Below are positions 46,457-54,191 of a stretch of 55,716 nt of DNA, piece after piece. The notes under the pieces are model-generated. The model saw only the letters and a list, made by a program, of their open reading frames with translations. It was not told the origin of the DNA and made no database searches. The position numbers were made by a program, and so were the translations under genes. The DNA is taken from the UHGV virus genome UHGV-1361255, one strand, 5' to 3'. The stretch comes from a virus. Numbering within the stretch: position 1 is the first letter of the stretch; each line of letters begins with the position of its first letter.

Positions 46457-46486
46457 CCCCGTCCTTCAGGGCGGGGAGGATGTCAA
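46457..46486. repeat. solo copy of the IS605-family right-end-like hairpin motif ccccgtccttcagggcggggaggatgtcaa
   Basis: near-identical (about 33 of 36 nt) to the sequence immediately 3' of tnpB at 52594-52623; abuts the higA stop codon. Confidence 0.4.
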
Positions 46487-46488
46487 GT

Positions 46489-46776
46489 TCAGTATACGGC
46501 CTGGATGTTAATTTCAGCGCCGCACGCTTGTGCGTATTTGCTCAGTGTCTTCATGCTGGCCCCCAACGGGTTCCCCTCGAGGCGGCTAATAGCAGATGGC
46601 GTGATCCCCATCCGCTCCGCCAGGGCAGATTTGCTTAACCCAGCCTTTTCACGCATCTCGTACAGCATTTCGACCAGTGCCAGCTCTTTATCTGCTTCCT
46701 GGTAACCCCGGATTGCCTCCGGGGTGTTGAGCAGACTTTCTTTGACCTGGTTAAATGGGATGCCTTTTACTTTCAT
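46489..46776 (-). CDS. HigA-like HTH (XRE) antitoxin
   Basis: 95 aa with HTH (LSKSALAERMGITPSAISRLE); overlaps the upstream toxin gene. Confidence 0.6.
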   Translation of the reverse strand: MKVKGIPFNQVKESLLNTPEAIRGYQEADKELALVEMLYEMREKAGLSKSALAERMGITPSAISRLEGNPLGASMKTLSKYAQACGAEINIQAVY

Positions 46777-47084
46777 TAGCTCATCTCCTTCAGGCGCTTT
46801 CTCGCTATCTCTATGGCCCCTGCCGGGGTTTTTTGTGTCTTCTTAACAAACGCATGCAGTAGGTAGATTTCGTGGCCGACTGCGTAAGCGTATAACGTTC
46901 TTGCTATGTTTTTGTCTCCAACCCTTAACTCAAAAAGCCCGGCGCCAATTACGCGGCTATGAGGCATTTTTAGTTTTCCTTCACTTTCCAGTCTTTCAAT
47001 CAGTCGGGTCATGCGACCTCGTAACTCGTCCGGTAGTTCCTGTAACTCTTCCAGTGCTGCCGGGTGGGTTATCACGTTAAACAT
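46776..47084 (-). CDS. HigB/RelE-family (Gp49-like) toxin
   Basis: 102 aa; ...ARTLYAYAVGHEIYLLHAFVKKTQKTP... is typical of HigB/Gp49-like toxins; toxin-first higBA order. Confidence 0.6.
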   Translation of the reverse strand: MFNVITHPAALEELQELPDELRGRMTRLIERLESEGKLKMPHSRVIGAGLFELRVGDKNIARTLYAYAVGHEIYLLHAFVKKTQKTPAGAIEIARKRLKEMS

Positions 47085-47484
47085 AGTATATCCTCCCTAT
47101 GTGTTTAAATATACCAATAAATTAATTTTCACACAATAGAGAAATTTAACTAAAAAGTGAAAAATAAGACTGGATGTCTCATGTTGCCAGAGTTACAGTT
47201 CGTGTCGTTGAGACGGGAAACAAACCCGGTAACTAGATGAATTTGGAGGATATTGTGAACTATCAAGGCAACGAAAAAATGAGACAGGACGCGGCTGAGA
47301 TTTCTAACGAACTGTATGAACTCTGGCAAAAAGTGAAGCGTTTCCAGCGTGAGTACAGCTTCAACAGCGAGAACATTACAGACAGACTGGCGGGCCGACT
47401 GATTGGAACAATGGAACCCAAACTGGCCGACCTTAACAGCTTTATGGCCGATGTCGATTACCAGTTTGAAGATTAAAGGGGGAA

Positions 47485-47715
47485 ATGATGAACGTGAAAC
47501 AGATCCGCGAGAATATGACCGAAGCGGCCCTGAGCGTTGAGAGTGTAATGCGGGGACACCCCCGCATCACCCTGCAGGAATTAAGCACCGCCTGCAGCAT
47601 TAGCCTGCCAGCGGTGGAGTTTATTATCGAGCAGATGCTTTGTATGAGGGTGGCGCAGCGGGGCGCTTTTGGGCGGTACTCCCTTACCCCGGAATACCAA
47701 AATGGTAGCTTTTAA
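47485..47715 (+). CDS. small winged-helix-like protein
   Basis: 76 aa upstream of the methyltransferase gene; followed directly by a sopC-like site. Confidence 0.3.
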   Translation: MMNVKQIRENMTEAALSVESVMRGHPRITLQELSTACSISLPAVEFIIEQMLCMRVAQRGAFGRYSLTPEYQNGSF

Positions 47716-47721
47716 AAACTG

Positions 47722-47737
47722 TGCGACCGCGGTCGCA
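47722..47737. promoter_or_regulatory. F-sopC-like 16-bp perfect palindrome tgcgaccgcggtcgca
   Basis: identical to the copy at 43843; followed by gcatag as in that copy. Confidence 0.55.
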
Positions 47738-47985
47738 TAGAAAGAAAATGAAAAAGGTTGGCAAATAAGGCTTTTTTAGGTATCGTTTTTGTATGTTGGG
47801 AATTTTATAGCCAACGCTCTCACAACCGCCGCCAAGGCGGTTTTTTTATGCCTTGGAAATGGGCGCTACAGCATGTGTCACCATGCTGTAGCTTTCAACC
47901 CATGCCGCCTGACAGGGTCAAAACAAGGCCCATTGCTGATTGCGCAACAGCAAAAAGAGCCTACCAAAAAAGGCCACTAAAGACC

Positions 47986-49047
47986 ATGAAAAACACTGTG
48001 AAAATAAACAGTGCTGAACTTGTGCATGCAGATTCACTTGAGTACATCAAAACCCTGCCGGACAACAGCTTAGACGCCATCATCACCGACCCACCGTATT
48101 ACCGCGTAAAGGCAAATGCCTGGGATAACCAATGGCCCAGCGTAACGGATTATTTGGCCTGGCTGGATGAGTTTTTCGCCGAGTTCTGGCGAGTGCTTAA
48201 GCCAGCAGGGTCGTTATATGTGTTCTGCGGGCCGAAATTATCATCGGACACTGAGCTGTTGTTACGTGACCGTTTCAACGTGCTGAACCATATCGTTTGG
48301 GCCAAACCCAGCGGGCGCTGGAATGGCGCGCGTAAAGAAGGTTTCCGATCTTATTTTCCGGCCAGTGAGCATATTTTCTTCGCAGAGCATTACGGCGCGG
48401 AAGGCTTTGCTAAAGGCCAGGCTGGGTATGCGACAAAGTGCCAGGAGTTGAAAGGCCAGGTCTTCGAACCGCTTATCGCTTATTTCCGGGATGCTCGCCA
48501 GCGACTTGGTATTTCCGCTGCCGAAATCAACGCGGCAACCGGCACGAAAATGTGTAGCCACTGGTTTAGCGCCAGCCAATGGCAATTGCCCAATGAACGG
48601 CAGTACCTGGCGCTGCAGGCGCTGTTTAACCGTAAGGCCGCAGAGCAGGGAATAACGGGATTGTCAGAGCCGCATGCGGCGCTGCAGGAGGAATACGGCA
48701 CTTTAACGGCGCTATATTCCGAACTGGTTATGCAGTATTCCGAACTGCGACAGCAGTATGAGAATTTGCGGCGCCCTTTCCATGTGACAAAAGATGTTCC
48801 ACACACCAACGTGTGGACGTATCCACCGGTTCCGTACTATCCGGGCAAACACCCATGCGAAAAACCGCTGCAGATGATGCTCGACATCATTTCGGCTTGT
48901 ACGCGCCCTGGCGATGTGATCGCCGACTTTTTTATGGGGTCGGGTGCAACGATAAAAGCCGCGCTGCAGTTAGGACGCGGAGCCATCGGCGTAGAGCTGG
49001 AAGAGGAGCGATTTTTACAGACGGTCTCCGAGATAGAAAAACAATAA
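47986..49047 (+). CDS. DNA N6-adenine/N4-cytosine methyltransferase (beta class)
   Basis: DPPY motif near the N-terminus (DAIITDPPYY) and AdoMet motif near the C-terminus (DFFMGSGAT); ATG at 47986. Confidence 0.75.
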   Translation: MKNTVKINSAELVHADSLEYIKTLPDNSLDAIITDPPYYRVKANAWDNQWPSVTDYLAWLDEFFAEFWRVLKPAGSLYVFCGPKLSSDTELLLRDRFNVLNHIVWAKPSGRWNGARKEGFRSYFPASEHIFFAEHYGAEGFAKGQAGYATKCQELKGQVFEPLIAYFRDARQRLGISAAEINAATGTKMCSHWFSASQWQLPNERQYLALQALFNRKAAEQGITGLSEPHAALQEEYGTLTALYSELVMQYSELRQQYENLRRPFHVTKDVPHTNVWTYPPVPYYPGKHPCEKPLQMMLDIISACTRPGDVIADFFMGSGATIKAALQLGRGAIGVELEEERFLQTVSEIEKQ

Positions 49048-49105
49048 TCAACAGCCTCGCCTAAGTGCGGGGCTTTTTATTACCCGCCACGCGGGTGGCG
49101 GAGTC

Positions 49106-49417
49106 ATGAACACAGCTATCGAATATGGAAATCCTGATCTCTGGCTGGTCTTGCTCATGCTGGCCGCCGGGGTGGTATCAGGCGCCCTGCTTTCCGAAAC
49201 CCCTATCAACCCGCGCCGCCTCATCGGAGACGTTCTGAGAGGCGTAATCGTGGCCATCATCCTCTGGGCTTACGGCGCTATGGGCAACATCTCAATTTTG
49301 AACGTAATCACTCTCGCCGGTTTATCGGCTGTGGCATGGCCACACACCGTCAACGAAATCACCGGCTTTGCAAAACGAACTATCAGCCGAATTTTCGGCG
49401 GGAGAAAAGAACGATGA
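49106..49417 (+). CDS. holin
   Basis: 103 aa with 2-3 TM helices and a charged C-terminus; stop overlaps the next gene start (ATGA). Confidence 0.55.
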   Translation: MNTAIEYGNPDLWLVLLMLAAGVVSGALLSETPINPRRLIGDVLRGVIVAIILWAYGAMGNISILNVITLAGLSAVAWPHTVNEITGFAKRTISRIFGGRKER

Positions 49418-49905
49418 ATTATGGACTGGTGAGCAAGCAAGACGCGCGCCTGTATGCCGAAGCCGTTTGCGATGTGATCGGGCATGGCAAGGCGAATGCA
49501 GCTGTTTTGCTGTGTGTCGAAACGGCCGCAGCCGAGACATTGCTCGGCGATTACAAAGACCCGACGCCGACCAGCGCCGGAACCGGATTAACTCAGGTTG
49601 ATCTCGGTACCTTCGAATGGCTCCGCGATAAGTACAAAAACAGCCGTTATGCCCCGGTACTGCTGAATCAGTTTGGTATCGACCTGAGCCGAACAGTTTA
49701 TGCGGAACTGAGGACCTCGCCGCTGATGGCGATGCTGTTTTGCCGCCTGCGCTATCTGGCGGTTTCAGAGTCGATTCCGGCGACTCGCGAGGCCCGCGCA
49801 GCGTACTGGAAAAAATATTACAACACCTCGGCAGGCAAAGGCACGCCGCAGGATTACATTGATAAATGCCAGCGCGCTGGCGTTGATGCGCTATTCACGC
49901 AGTGA
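49414..49905 (+). CDS. putative endolysin (position-based)
   Basis: 163 aa between the holin and spanin genes; no catalytic motif recognised by eye. Confidence 0.45.
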   Translation: MNYGLVSKQDARLYAEAVCDVIGHGKANAAVLLCVETAAAETLLGDYKDPTPTSAGTGLTQVDLGTFEWLRDKYKNSRYAPVLLNQFGIDLSRTVYAELRTSPLMAMLFCRLRYLAVSESIPATREARAAYWKKYYNTSAGKGTPQDYIDKCQRAGVDALFTQ

Positions 49906-49921
49906 GGCGCGAGGAGTGATT

Positions 49922-50398
49922 ATGAACAGTTTAAAACGTATGGCTAAAGCCTGGTTGCTGATGAATGGTGCCTTCGTCCTTCTTGTGATGGCGACGCAAC
50001 CAGCGATGGCAAATGAGAGCCAGAATCTTGGTTTGGATCTGGATTCAATTCTGAGCGCTCTTCCTGCAGGCTGGGCCAGCGGCGTAACTGCCGTATTTAT
50101 CGTGCTGTATGCGGTGGCGCAGCTGCGCGCCGTACTCCCCCCGTCAGTGACCAAAAGGATTCCCACGGTGGTCATGAAAATTCTCGACCTCGTTGCCGCG
50201 AACTATGCCCACGCCCGGAACGCTGATGCGATCAGCAAAGTTGCGCGGGATGCCGGGAAAGCCAAAGGCCCATCAGATGTTGATTATCGTGTGATGGTGG
50301 AAACGGCCAAAAACAATGGAGAGCTTCGTGGAAGCCGGATTGAGAGTGCTGGCGATTATCCTGGAGATGATCGCCCAGGCAGTAAAAGCCCGCAATGA
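49922..50398 (+). CDS. i-spanin-like protein (N-terminal TM anchor, periplasmic helical domain)
   Basis: 158 aa, N-terminal hydrophobic segment, position after the endolysin. Confidence 0.4.
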   Translation: MNSLKRMAKAWLLMNGAFVLLVMATQPAMANESQNLGLDLDSILSALPAGWASGVTAVFIVLYAVAQLRAVLPPSVTKRIPTVVMKILDLVAANYAHARNADAISKVARDAGKAKGPSDVDYRVMVETAKNNGELRGSRIESAGDYPGDDRPGSKSPQ

Positions 50399-50424
50399 AG
50401 CGGAGCGCCAGGCGAGGATTGAGT

Positions 50425-50643
50425 ATGCGCGTAATAACCCAGCTGATTATCTGCGTCGCTTTGGCCGGGTGCGTGAAATCAACGTCAATGACACCAACAC
50501 TGAATCCGGCTCCGTGCGCAGCGGAAAAGCCGGTGATTGATGTGGTTCACGTCGATGGGCATTTCGTTATCGATGATGACGATATGGGCAAACTGACCGG
50601 CTACATTGCCGCACTGGAAGCGGGCTGCACCGCACAGAAATAA
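50425..50643 (+). CDS. o-spanin-like outer-membrane lipoprotein
   Basis: 72 aa, lipobox LAGC, Pro- and Cys-rich mature part; follows the i-spanin gene (separated arrangement). Confidence 0.5.
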   Translation: MRVITQLIICVALAGCVKSTSMTPTLNPAPCAAEKPVIDVVHVDGHFVIDDDDMGKLTGYIAALEAGCTAQK

Positions 50644-50705
50644 AGTCAACTATAAAAACGACTATCTTCGCGACGGGTCACAGGATAAAGTATCTACGCA
50701 AATGA

Positions 50706-50735
50706 TTGACGTGTGTTGTATGTTGGCGGTAGAGT
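50706..50735 (+). promoter_or_regulatory. sigma70-like promoter TTGACG-18 bp-TAGAGT driving the locus-2 sRNA
   Basis: matches the locus-1 promoter in sequence and spacing. Confidence 0.4.
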
Positions 50736-50742
50736 TACCCCG

Positions 50743-50817
50743 CTGTAGCAAAATCTGCAGCCGGGCGTGAGAACCCGAGAGACAGTCAGCGCACAACACG
50801 CGCTTGCGTGTTTTTTT
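50743..50817 (+). ncRNA. candidate ~76-nt regulatory sRNA (P4 CI / N15 cA-like), locus 2
   Basis: hairpin gctgtagc-aaaat-ctgcagc, box A GCGTGAGAAC (50765-50774), intrinsic terminator cacgcgc-ttg-cgtg plus T7 (50797-50817). Confidence 0.4.
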
Positions 50818-50977
50818 GTGTGTAAATCCTGCGCATACCTGAATTATGGTGGCTCAGGTGGGGCAGCTTTCGGGCTGGCCGGTTGCTGATTGTGCCGGTT
50901 TCTCACCCCCGCCTGGGCTACCACCAATTGAGCGTGAGAACTCTGGTGGTGGCAAAACCATCAATCAGAGGTGAATC

Positions 50978-51142
50978 ATGTATCAGTTCAAATTCGCGGC
51001 GATCTGCCGTACCGACCGTAAAAACAACATTCATCATTTTTCGACTATTGCTGATAGTGAGCATGCAGCGCGCCGCCAGCTTTCCTACAAGTTCGTTCTG
51101 TTTTTCCAGGCACGCCTACCAGTATCGGGAGGTGCAGCATGA
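50978..51142 (+). CDS. 54-aa small protein (paralog of 35706..35870)
   Basis: GAGGTG RBS; stop overlaps the next start (ATGA); not in the ORF track because it is shorter than 60 aa. Confidence 0.45.
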   Translation: MYQFKFAAICRTDRKNNIHHFSTIADSEHAARRQLSYKFVLFFQARLPVSGGAA

Positions 51143-51363
51143 ATCAAATGAAAATGAACGAACATGGACTAGCTGAATCGCTAGAATCTGTACTCTGTCA
51201 GATAGTTGCTTTGCTAAATGTTACCCAGAATGCACTTGATGGAAGTGAAGGTAGCATCTATATGCGAGATGCTGTGCATATGCTTAATGCTGCGCGTAAT
51301 CTGGCCATTGAAGCAGAGCAATACCGATCCGAATGGGAACAACTGATTATTCGCAACCGGTAA
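51139..51363 (+). CDS. 74-aa helical protein (paralog of 35479..35709), C-terminus possibly altered by the tnpB insertion
   Basis: similar to the 76-aa paralog up to about residue 55, then diverges; ends 8 bp before tnpB. Confidence 0.45.
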   Translation: MNQMKMNEHGLAESLESVLCQIVALLNVTQNALDGSEGSIYMRDAVHMLNAARNLAIEAEQYRSEWEQLIIRNR

Positions 51364-51371
51364 GGGATTAT

Positions 51372-52580
51372 ATGTTGAAGCGGCAGGCCTTCAAATTCCA
51401 GCTAAGACCAAATGGTCAGCAGGAGCGCGATATGCGGCGCTTCGCAGGGGCTTGTCGCTTCGTTTTTAACCGCGCGCTGGCATTTCAGAATGAGAACCGT
51501 GAAGCCGGAAACAAATATATTCCCTACACCAAAATGGCTTCATGGCTCATTGAGTGGAAATCCGCACCGGGAACAGCATGGCTGAAAGAAACACCTTCGC
51601 AGCCGTTGCAACAGTCACTGAAAGATCTGGAGCGCAGCTACAAGAATTTCTTCCAGAAACGCGCAGCATTCCCACGGTTTAAAAAGCGCGGGAAAAGTGA
51701 TTCATTCCGCTATCCCCAAGGTGTGAAACTGGAGCAGGGAAACAGCCGAATTTACCTGCCAAAGCTGGGATGGATAGGTTATCGCAACAGCCGTGAAGTC
51801 ATTGGCGAAGTGAAAAACGTCACGGTCAACCAGTCATGCGGTAAATGGTACGTCAGTATCCAGACGGAATACGAAGTGGCTGCCCCCGCTCACCATGCAA
51901 AGTCAATGGTCGGGTTGGATGCCGGAGTCACGAAACTCGCCACGCTTTCAGATGGCACGGTATACCATCCAGTCAACAGCTTTAAAGCAAACCAGCGCAA
52001 GCTGGCAAAGCTCCAGAGGCAGTTAAGCCGCAAAGTTAAATTCAGTGCCAACTGGCAGAAACAGAAGAAAAAAATCCAGCGTCTGCACTCGCACATTGCC
52101 AATATTCGGCGCGACTACCTTCACAAAGTCACCAGTGAGATCAGCAAAAACCACGCAATGATCGTTGTTGAGGATTTGAAGGTAAGTAACATGTCGAAAT
52201 CGGCAAAAGGCACGGCAGAACAGCCTGGACGAAACGTCAGAGCTAAATCAGGCCTGAACCGTTCGATACTGGATCAGGGCTGGTATGAAATGCGTCGTCA
52301 GCTGGAGTACAAGCAACTCTGGCGTGGTGGTCAGGTACTGGTAGCTCCGCCAGCATACACGAGCCAACGTTGCGCCTGCTGTGGTCATACAGCGAAAGAG
52401 AACCGCCTGTCACAAAGTAAATTTGTATGTCAGGTATGCGGCTACACAACGAACGCCGATATCAACGGTGCTCGTAACATTTTAGCGGCAGGACATGCCG
52501 TGCTTGCCTGTGGAGGGATGGTGCAGTCAGGCCGCCCGTTGAAGCAGGAACCCATCGAGGTGATTCAGACGTCAGTCTGA
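51372..52580 (+). CDS. tnpB: TnpB (OrfB) RNA-guided endonuclease of an IS200/IS605-family element
   Basis: 402 aa from the ATG at 51372 ([17 protein letters not shown]); RuvC motifs GLDAGV, IVVEDLK and [10 protein letters not shown] with a CxxC...CxxC zinc finger, all intact. Confidence 0.85.
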   Translation: MLKRQAFKFQLRPNGQQERDMRRFAGACRFVFNRALAFQNENREAGNKYIPYTKMASWLIEWKSAPGTAWLKETPSQPLQQSLKDLERSYKNFFQKRAAFPRFKKRGKSDSFRYPQGVKLEQGNSRIYLPKLGWIGYRNSREVIGEVKNVTVNQSCGKWYVSIQTEYEVAAPAHHAKSMVGLDAGVTKLATLSDGTVYHPVNSFKANQRKLAKLQRQLSRKVKFSANWQKQKKKIQRLHSHIANIRRDYLHKVTSEISKNHAMIVVEDLKVSNMSKSAKGTAEQPGRNVRAKSGLNRSILDQGWYEMRRQLEYKQLWRGGQVLVAPPAYTSQRCACCGHTAKENRLSQSKFVCQVCGYTTNADINGARNILAAGHAVLACGGMVQSGRPLKQEPIEVIQTSV

Positions 52581-52593
52581 ACGCGGTAGGAAT

Positions 52594-52623
52594 CCCCGTC
52601 CTTTAGGGCGGGGAGGATGTCAA
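52594..52623. repeat. IS605-family right-end-like imperfect hairpin ccccgtcctttagggcggggaggatgtcaa
   Basis: 14 bp after the tnpB stop; a second copy is at 46457-46486. Confidence 0.45.
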
Positions 52624-52668
52624 ATTGCTGGTCCGATGACAGGTCGCATAGCGGCAAAATTGAGACCG

Positions 52669-52684
52669 TGCGACCACGGTCGCA
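52669..52684. promoter_or_regulatory. F-sopC-like 16-bp inverted repeat tgcgaccacggtcgca
   Basis: part of a ~48-bp repeat unit aggtcgcatagcRgcaaaat...tgcgaccacggtcgcac that recurs 154 bp downstream. Confidence 0.55.
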
Positions 52685-52822
52685 CAGGCCAAGAACCGGT
52701 ATCCCCATTTAGGGATAAATCGTGTTCTATCCCTACAAAGGGATAAAACCCGGCCACAGTAGAGTGCAAGGTTGCCCCGCAATGCCCTATCCATAGGTCG
52801 CATAGCAGCAAAATAGAAGCCA

Positions 52823-52838
52823 TGCGACCACGGTCGCA
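52823..52838. promoter_or_regulatory. F-sopC-like 16-bp inverted repeat tgcgaccacggtcgca
   Basis: second copy of the 48-bp unit (52795-52843); an 8-bp stem hairpin tagggata/tatcccta lies between the two copies. Confidence 0.55.
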
Positions 52839-52871
52839 CGGGTCAGTGAATCAACAAGAAGATGAATAAAA

Positions 52872-52896
52872 ACACCACCTTCGGGTGGTTTTTTTA
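52872..52896 (+). terminator. intrinsic terminator upstream of the head-operon leader gene
   Basis: accacc-ttcg-ggtggt stem followed by T7. Confidence 0.6.
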
Positions 52897-52919
52897 TTTC
52901 AGATCACGGAGCGAAAAAT

Positions 52920-54191
52920 ATGAAAACGCCACTCACGTATGGTGCTTACCGAATTCTTCACGATTTATTTAAAAATGGGGTGACCTTCAAACGCGCCTTA
53001 CATCGTGAAAAATTACTCGAACTGGAAGAGCGAGGTTATGTTGCTACTTACGCCAACAACTTTGTCTATCTGACCCCCACCGGCCAGCAATATGCGATTG
53101 AAACCTTTTGGGGTGAGCATTCCAATGTTTGGCAAGTTGTCACTCAAGCTGCTCAAATCAGTAACGCTGGCATGTCAATTACCAAACTGGCTTCGGATTT
53201 GCCGGAAGCTAATAACGATATGACGAATCGGAGCTTTTCCAGCGTTGGTACCCTGACCTCAGGACCCGTATTAGAGCTATCTGATAGTGCTCAGGATGTG
53301 CTGTATGCTCTTTTTTTCCGAGGTGCACTCGTATCTGGTGATATTCCTTCAAAAGCCGGCGCCTCCGCACTGCGTTCTCTGGGATTTGCCGAGACCGGCC
53401 ATACAGCCACGCCATACAAAGGGGAAGACTATTTCACCTGGCTGACTCCTGCGGGGTATGCGTTCGCTATTGGGTATCTGGTTAAAACTCGCTTCGGCAA
53501 ACAGCCTGCAAATGCAAAATCTTCCGGGCAGCCCTCGGTTCATCCGGAAGGATTAAGCATTAACAAAGCCATGATTAAAGGGAAGATCAGTAGCGCAGCC
53601 TATGTTTGCGGCAATACCATCGAGGAGGAAACGCTGTCGAAGGTTCTGGCCAATTCACTGCATAACGTTCCCCATGAGAAAGCTGGCGATGTTGCTGAAC
53701 TACTGGCCAGGGCCGTTAAGTCTGCGTTTAGTGCGCTGGGGCATGCATCCGGTGAACAGGAAAAGGAACGGCCTAAAGAATCGGACTTATCCGTCGGTAC
53801 TTTCAAAGTTTATAGCGAGGGAGAGGTGAAGGTGGCTTCAGGCTCTCCCTTAGCTGCTGAAATAGAAGCCGGGCGTGAAGATCGCAAAACAGCAGGGACC
53901 ATTAATTTAAAACTGGAGCTGGATACCTCTGATGCCATCGAAAGCATTAATGGGCTGAGCAAAGAAATTTCAGATCTTGTTGATACTGCAATTGCCAACT
54001 CGCTCAAACCGGGTGGACGTCTGTACAACGTCGTGCGGGAATCTTCGTTTAACAGCTCGAATACTACCGCCCTTAACTCCCGTGTGACTGATCTTGAATC
54101 TTGTCTCAACAGCGCATGTGTTTTGATTAGTGATTTGTCTCGCCGTATTTCAGAACGTATCACTGGTGACGTCCATGCCAGCCCGGTCTAA
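52920..54191 (+). CDS. hypothetical 423-aa protein with two N-terminal repeats of a winged-helix-like unit
   Basis: internal duplication (YRILHDLFKNG...YLTPTGQQYAIETF and LYALFFRGALVSG...WLTPAGYAFAIGYL); first gene after the terminator and before the HNH endonuclease and terminase. Confidence 0.4.
   Translation: MKTPLTYGAYRILHDLFKNGVTFKRALHREKLLELEERGYVATYANNFVYLTPTGQQYAIETFWGEHSNVWQVVTQAAQISNAGMSITKLASDLPEANNDMTNRSFSSVGTLTSGPVLELSDSAQDVLYALFFRGALVSGDIPSKAGASALRSLGFAETGHTATPYKGEDYFTWLTPAGYAFAIGYLVKTRFGKQPANAKSSGQPSVHPEGLSINKAMIKGKISSAAYVCGNTIEEETLSKVLANSLHNVPHEKAGDVAELLARAVKSAFSALGHASGEQEKERPKESDLSVGTFKVYSEGEVKVASGSPLAAEIEAGREDRKTAGTINLKLELDTSDAIESINGLSKEISDLVDTAIANSLKPGGRLYNVVRESSFNSSNTTALNSRVTDLESCLNSACVLISDLSRRISERITGDVHASPV

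Larger units (their letters stand above)
51300..52623 (+). mobile_element. IS200/IS605-family tnpB-only insertion (IS1341-like); boundaries approximate
   Basis: tnpB with no tnpA; 3' subterminal hairpin motif at 52594-52623; left end inferred to lie within the last ~60 bp before tnpB. Confidence 0.5.

Noticed and set aside
46457-46486. Hairpin downstream of higA as an intrinsic terminator
   Set aside because: The stem is imperfect and no U run follows on the relevant strand. The same motif occurs directly 3' of tnpB in the opposite relative orientation, so an IS-end-like repeat fits better.
50650-50740. Stretch upstream of the locus-2 promoter as a further ncRNA
   Set aside because: It aligns with the promoter-proximal region of locus 1 (aactataaaaac...ggtcacagg...ttgacgtg). 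It is better explained as promoter and operator DNA.
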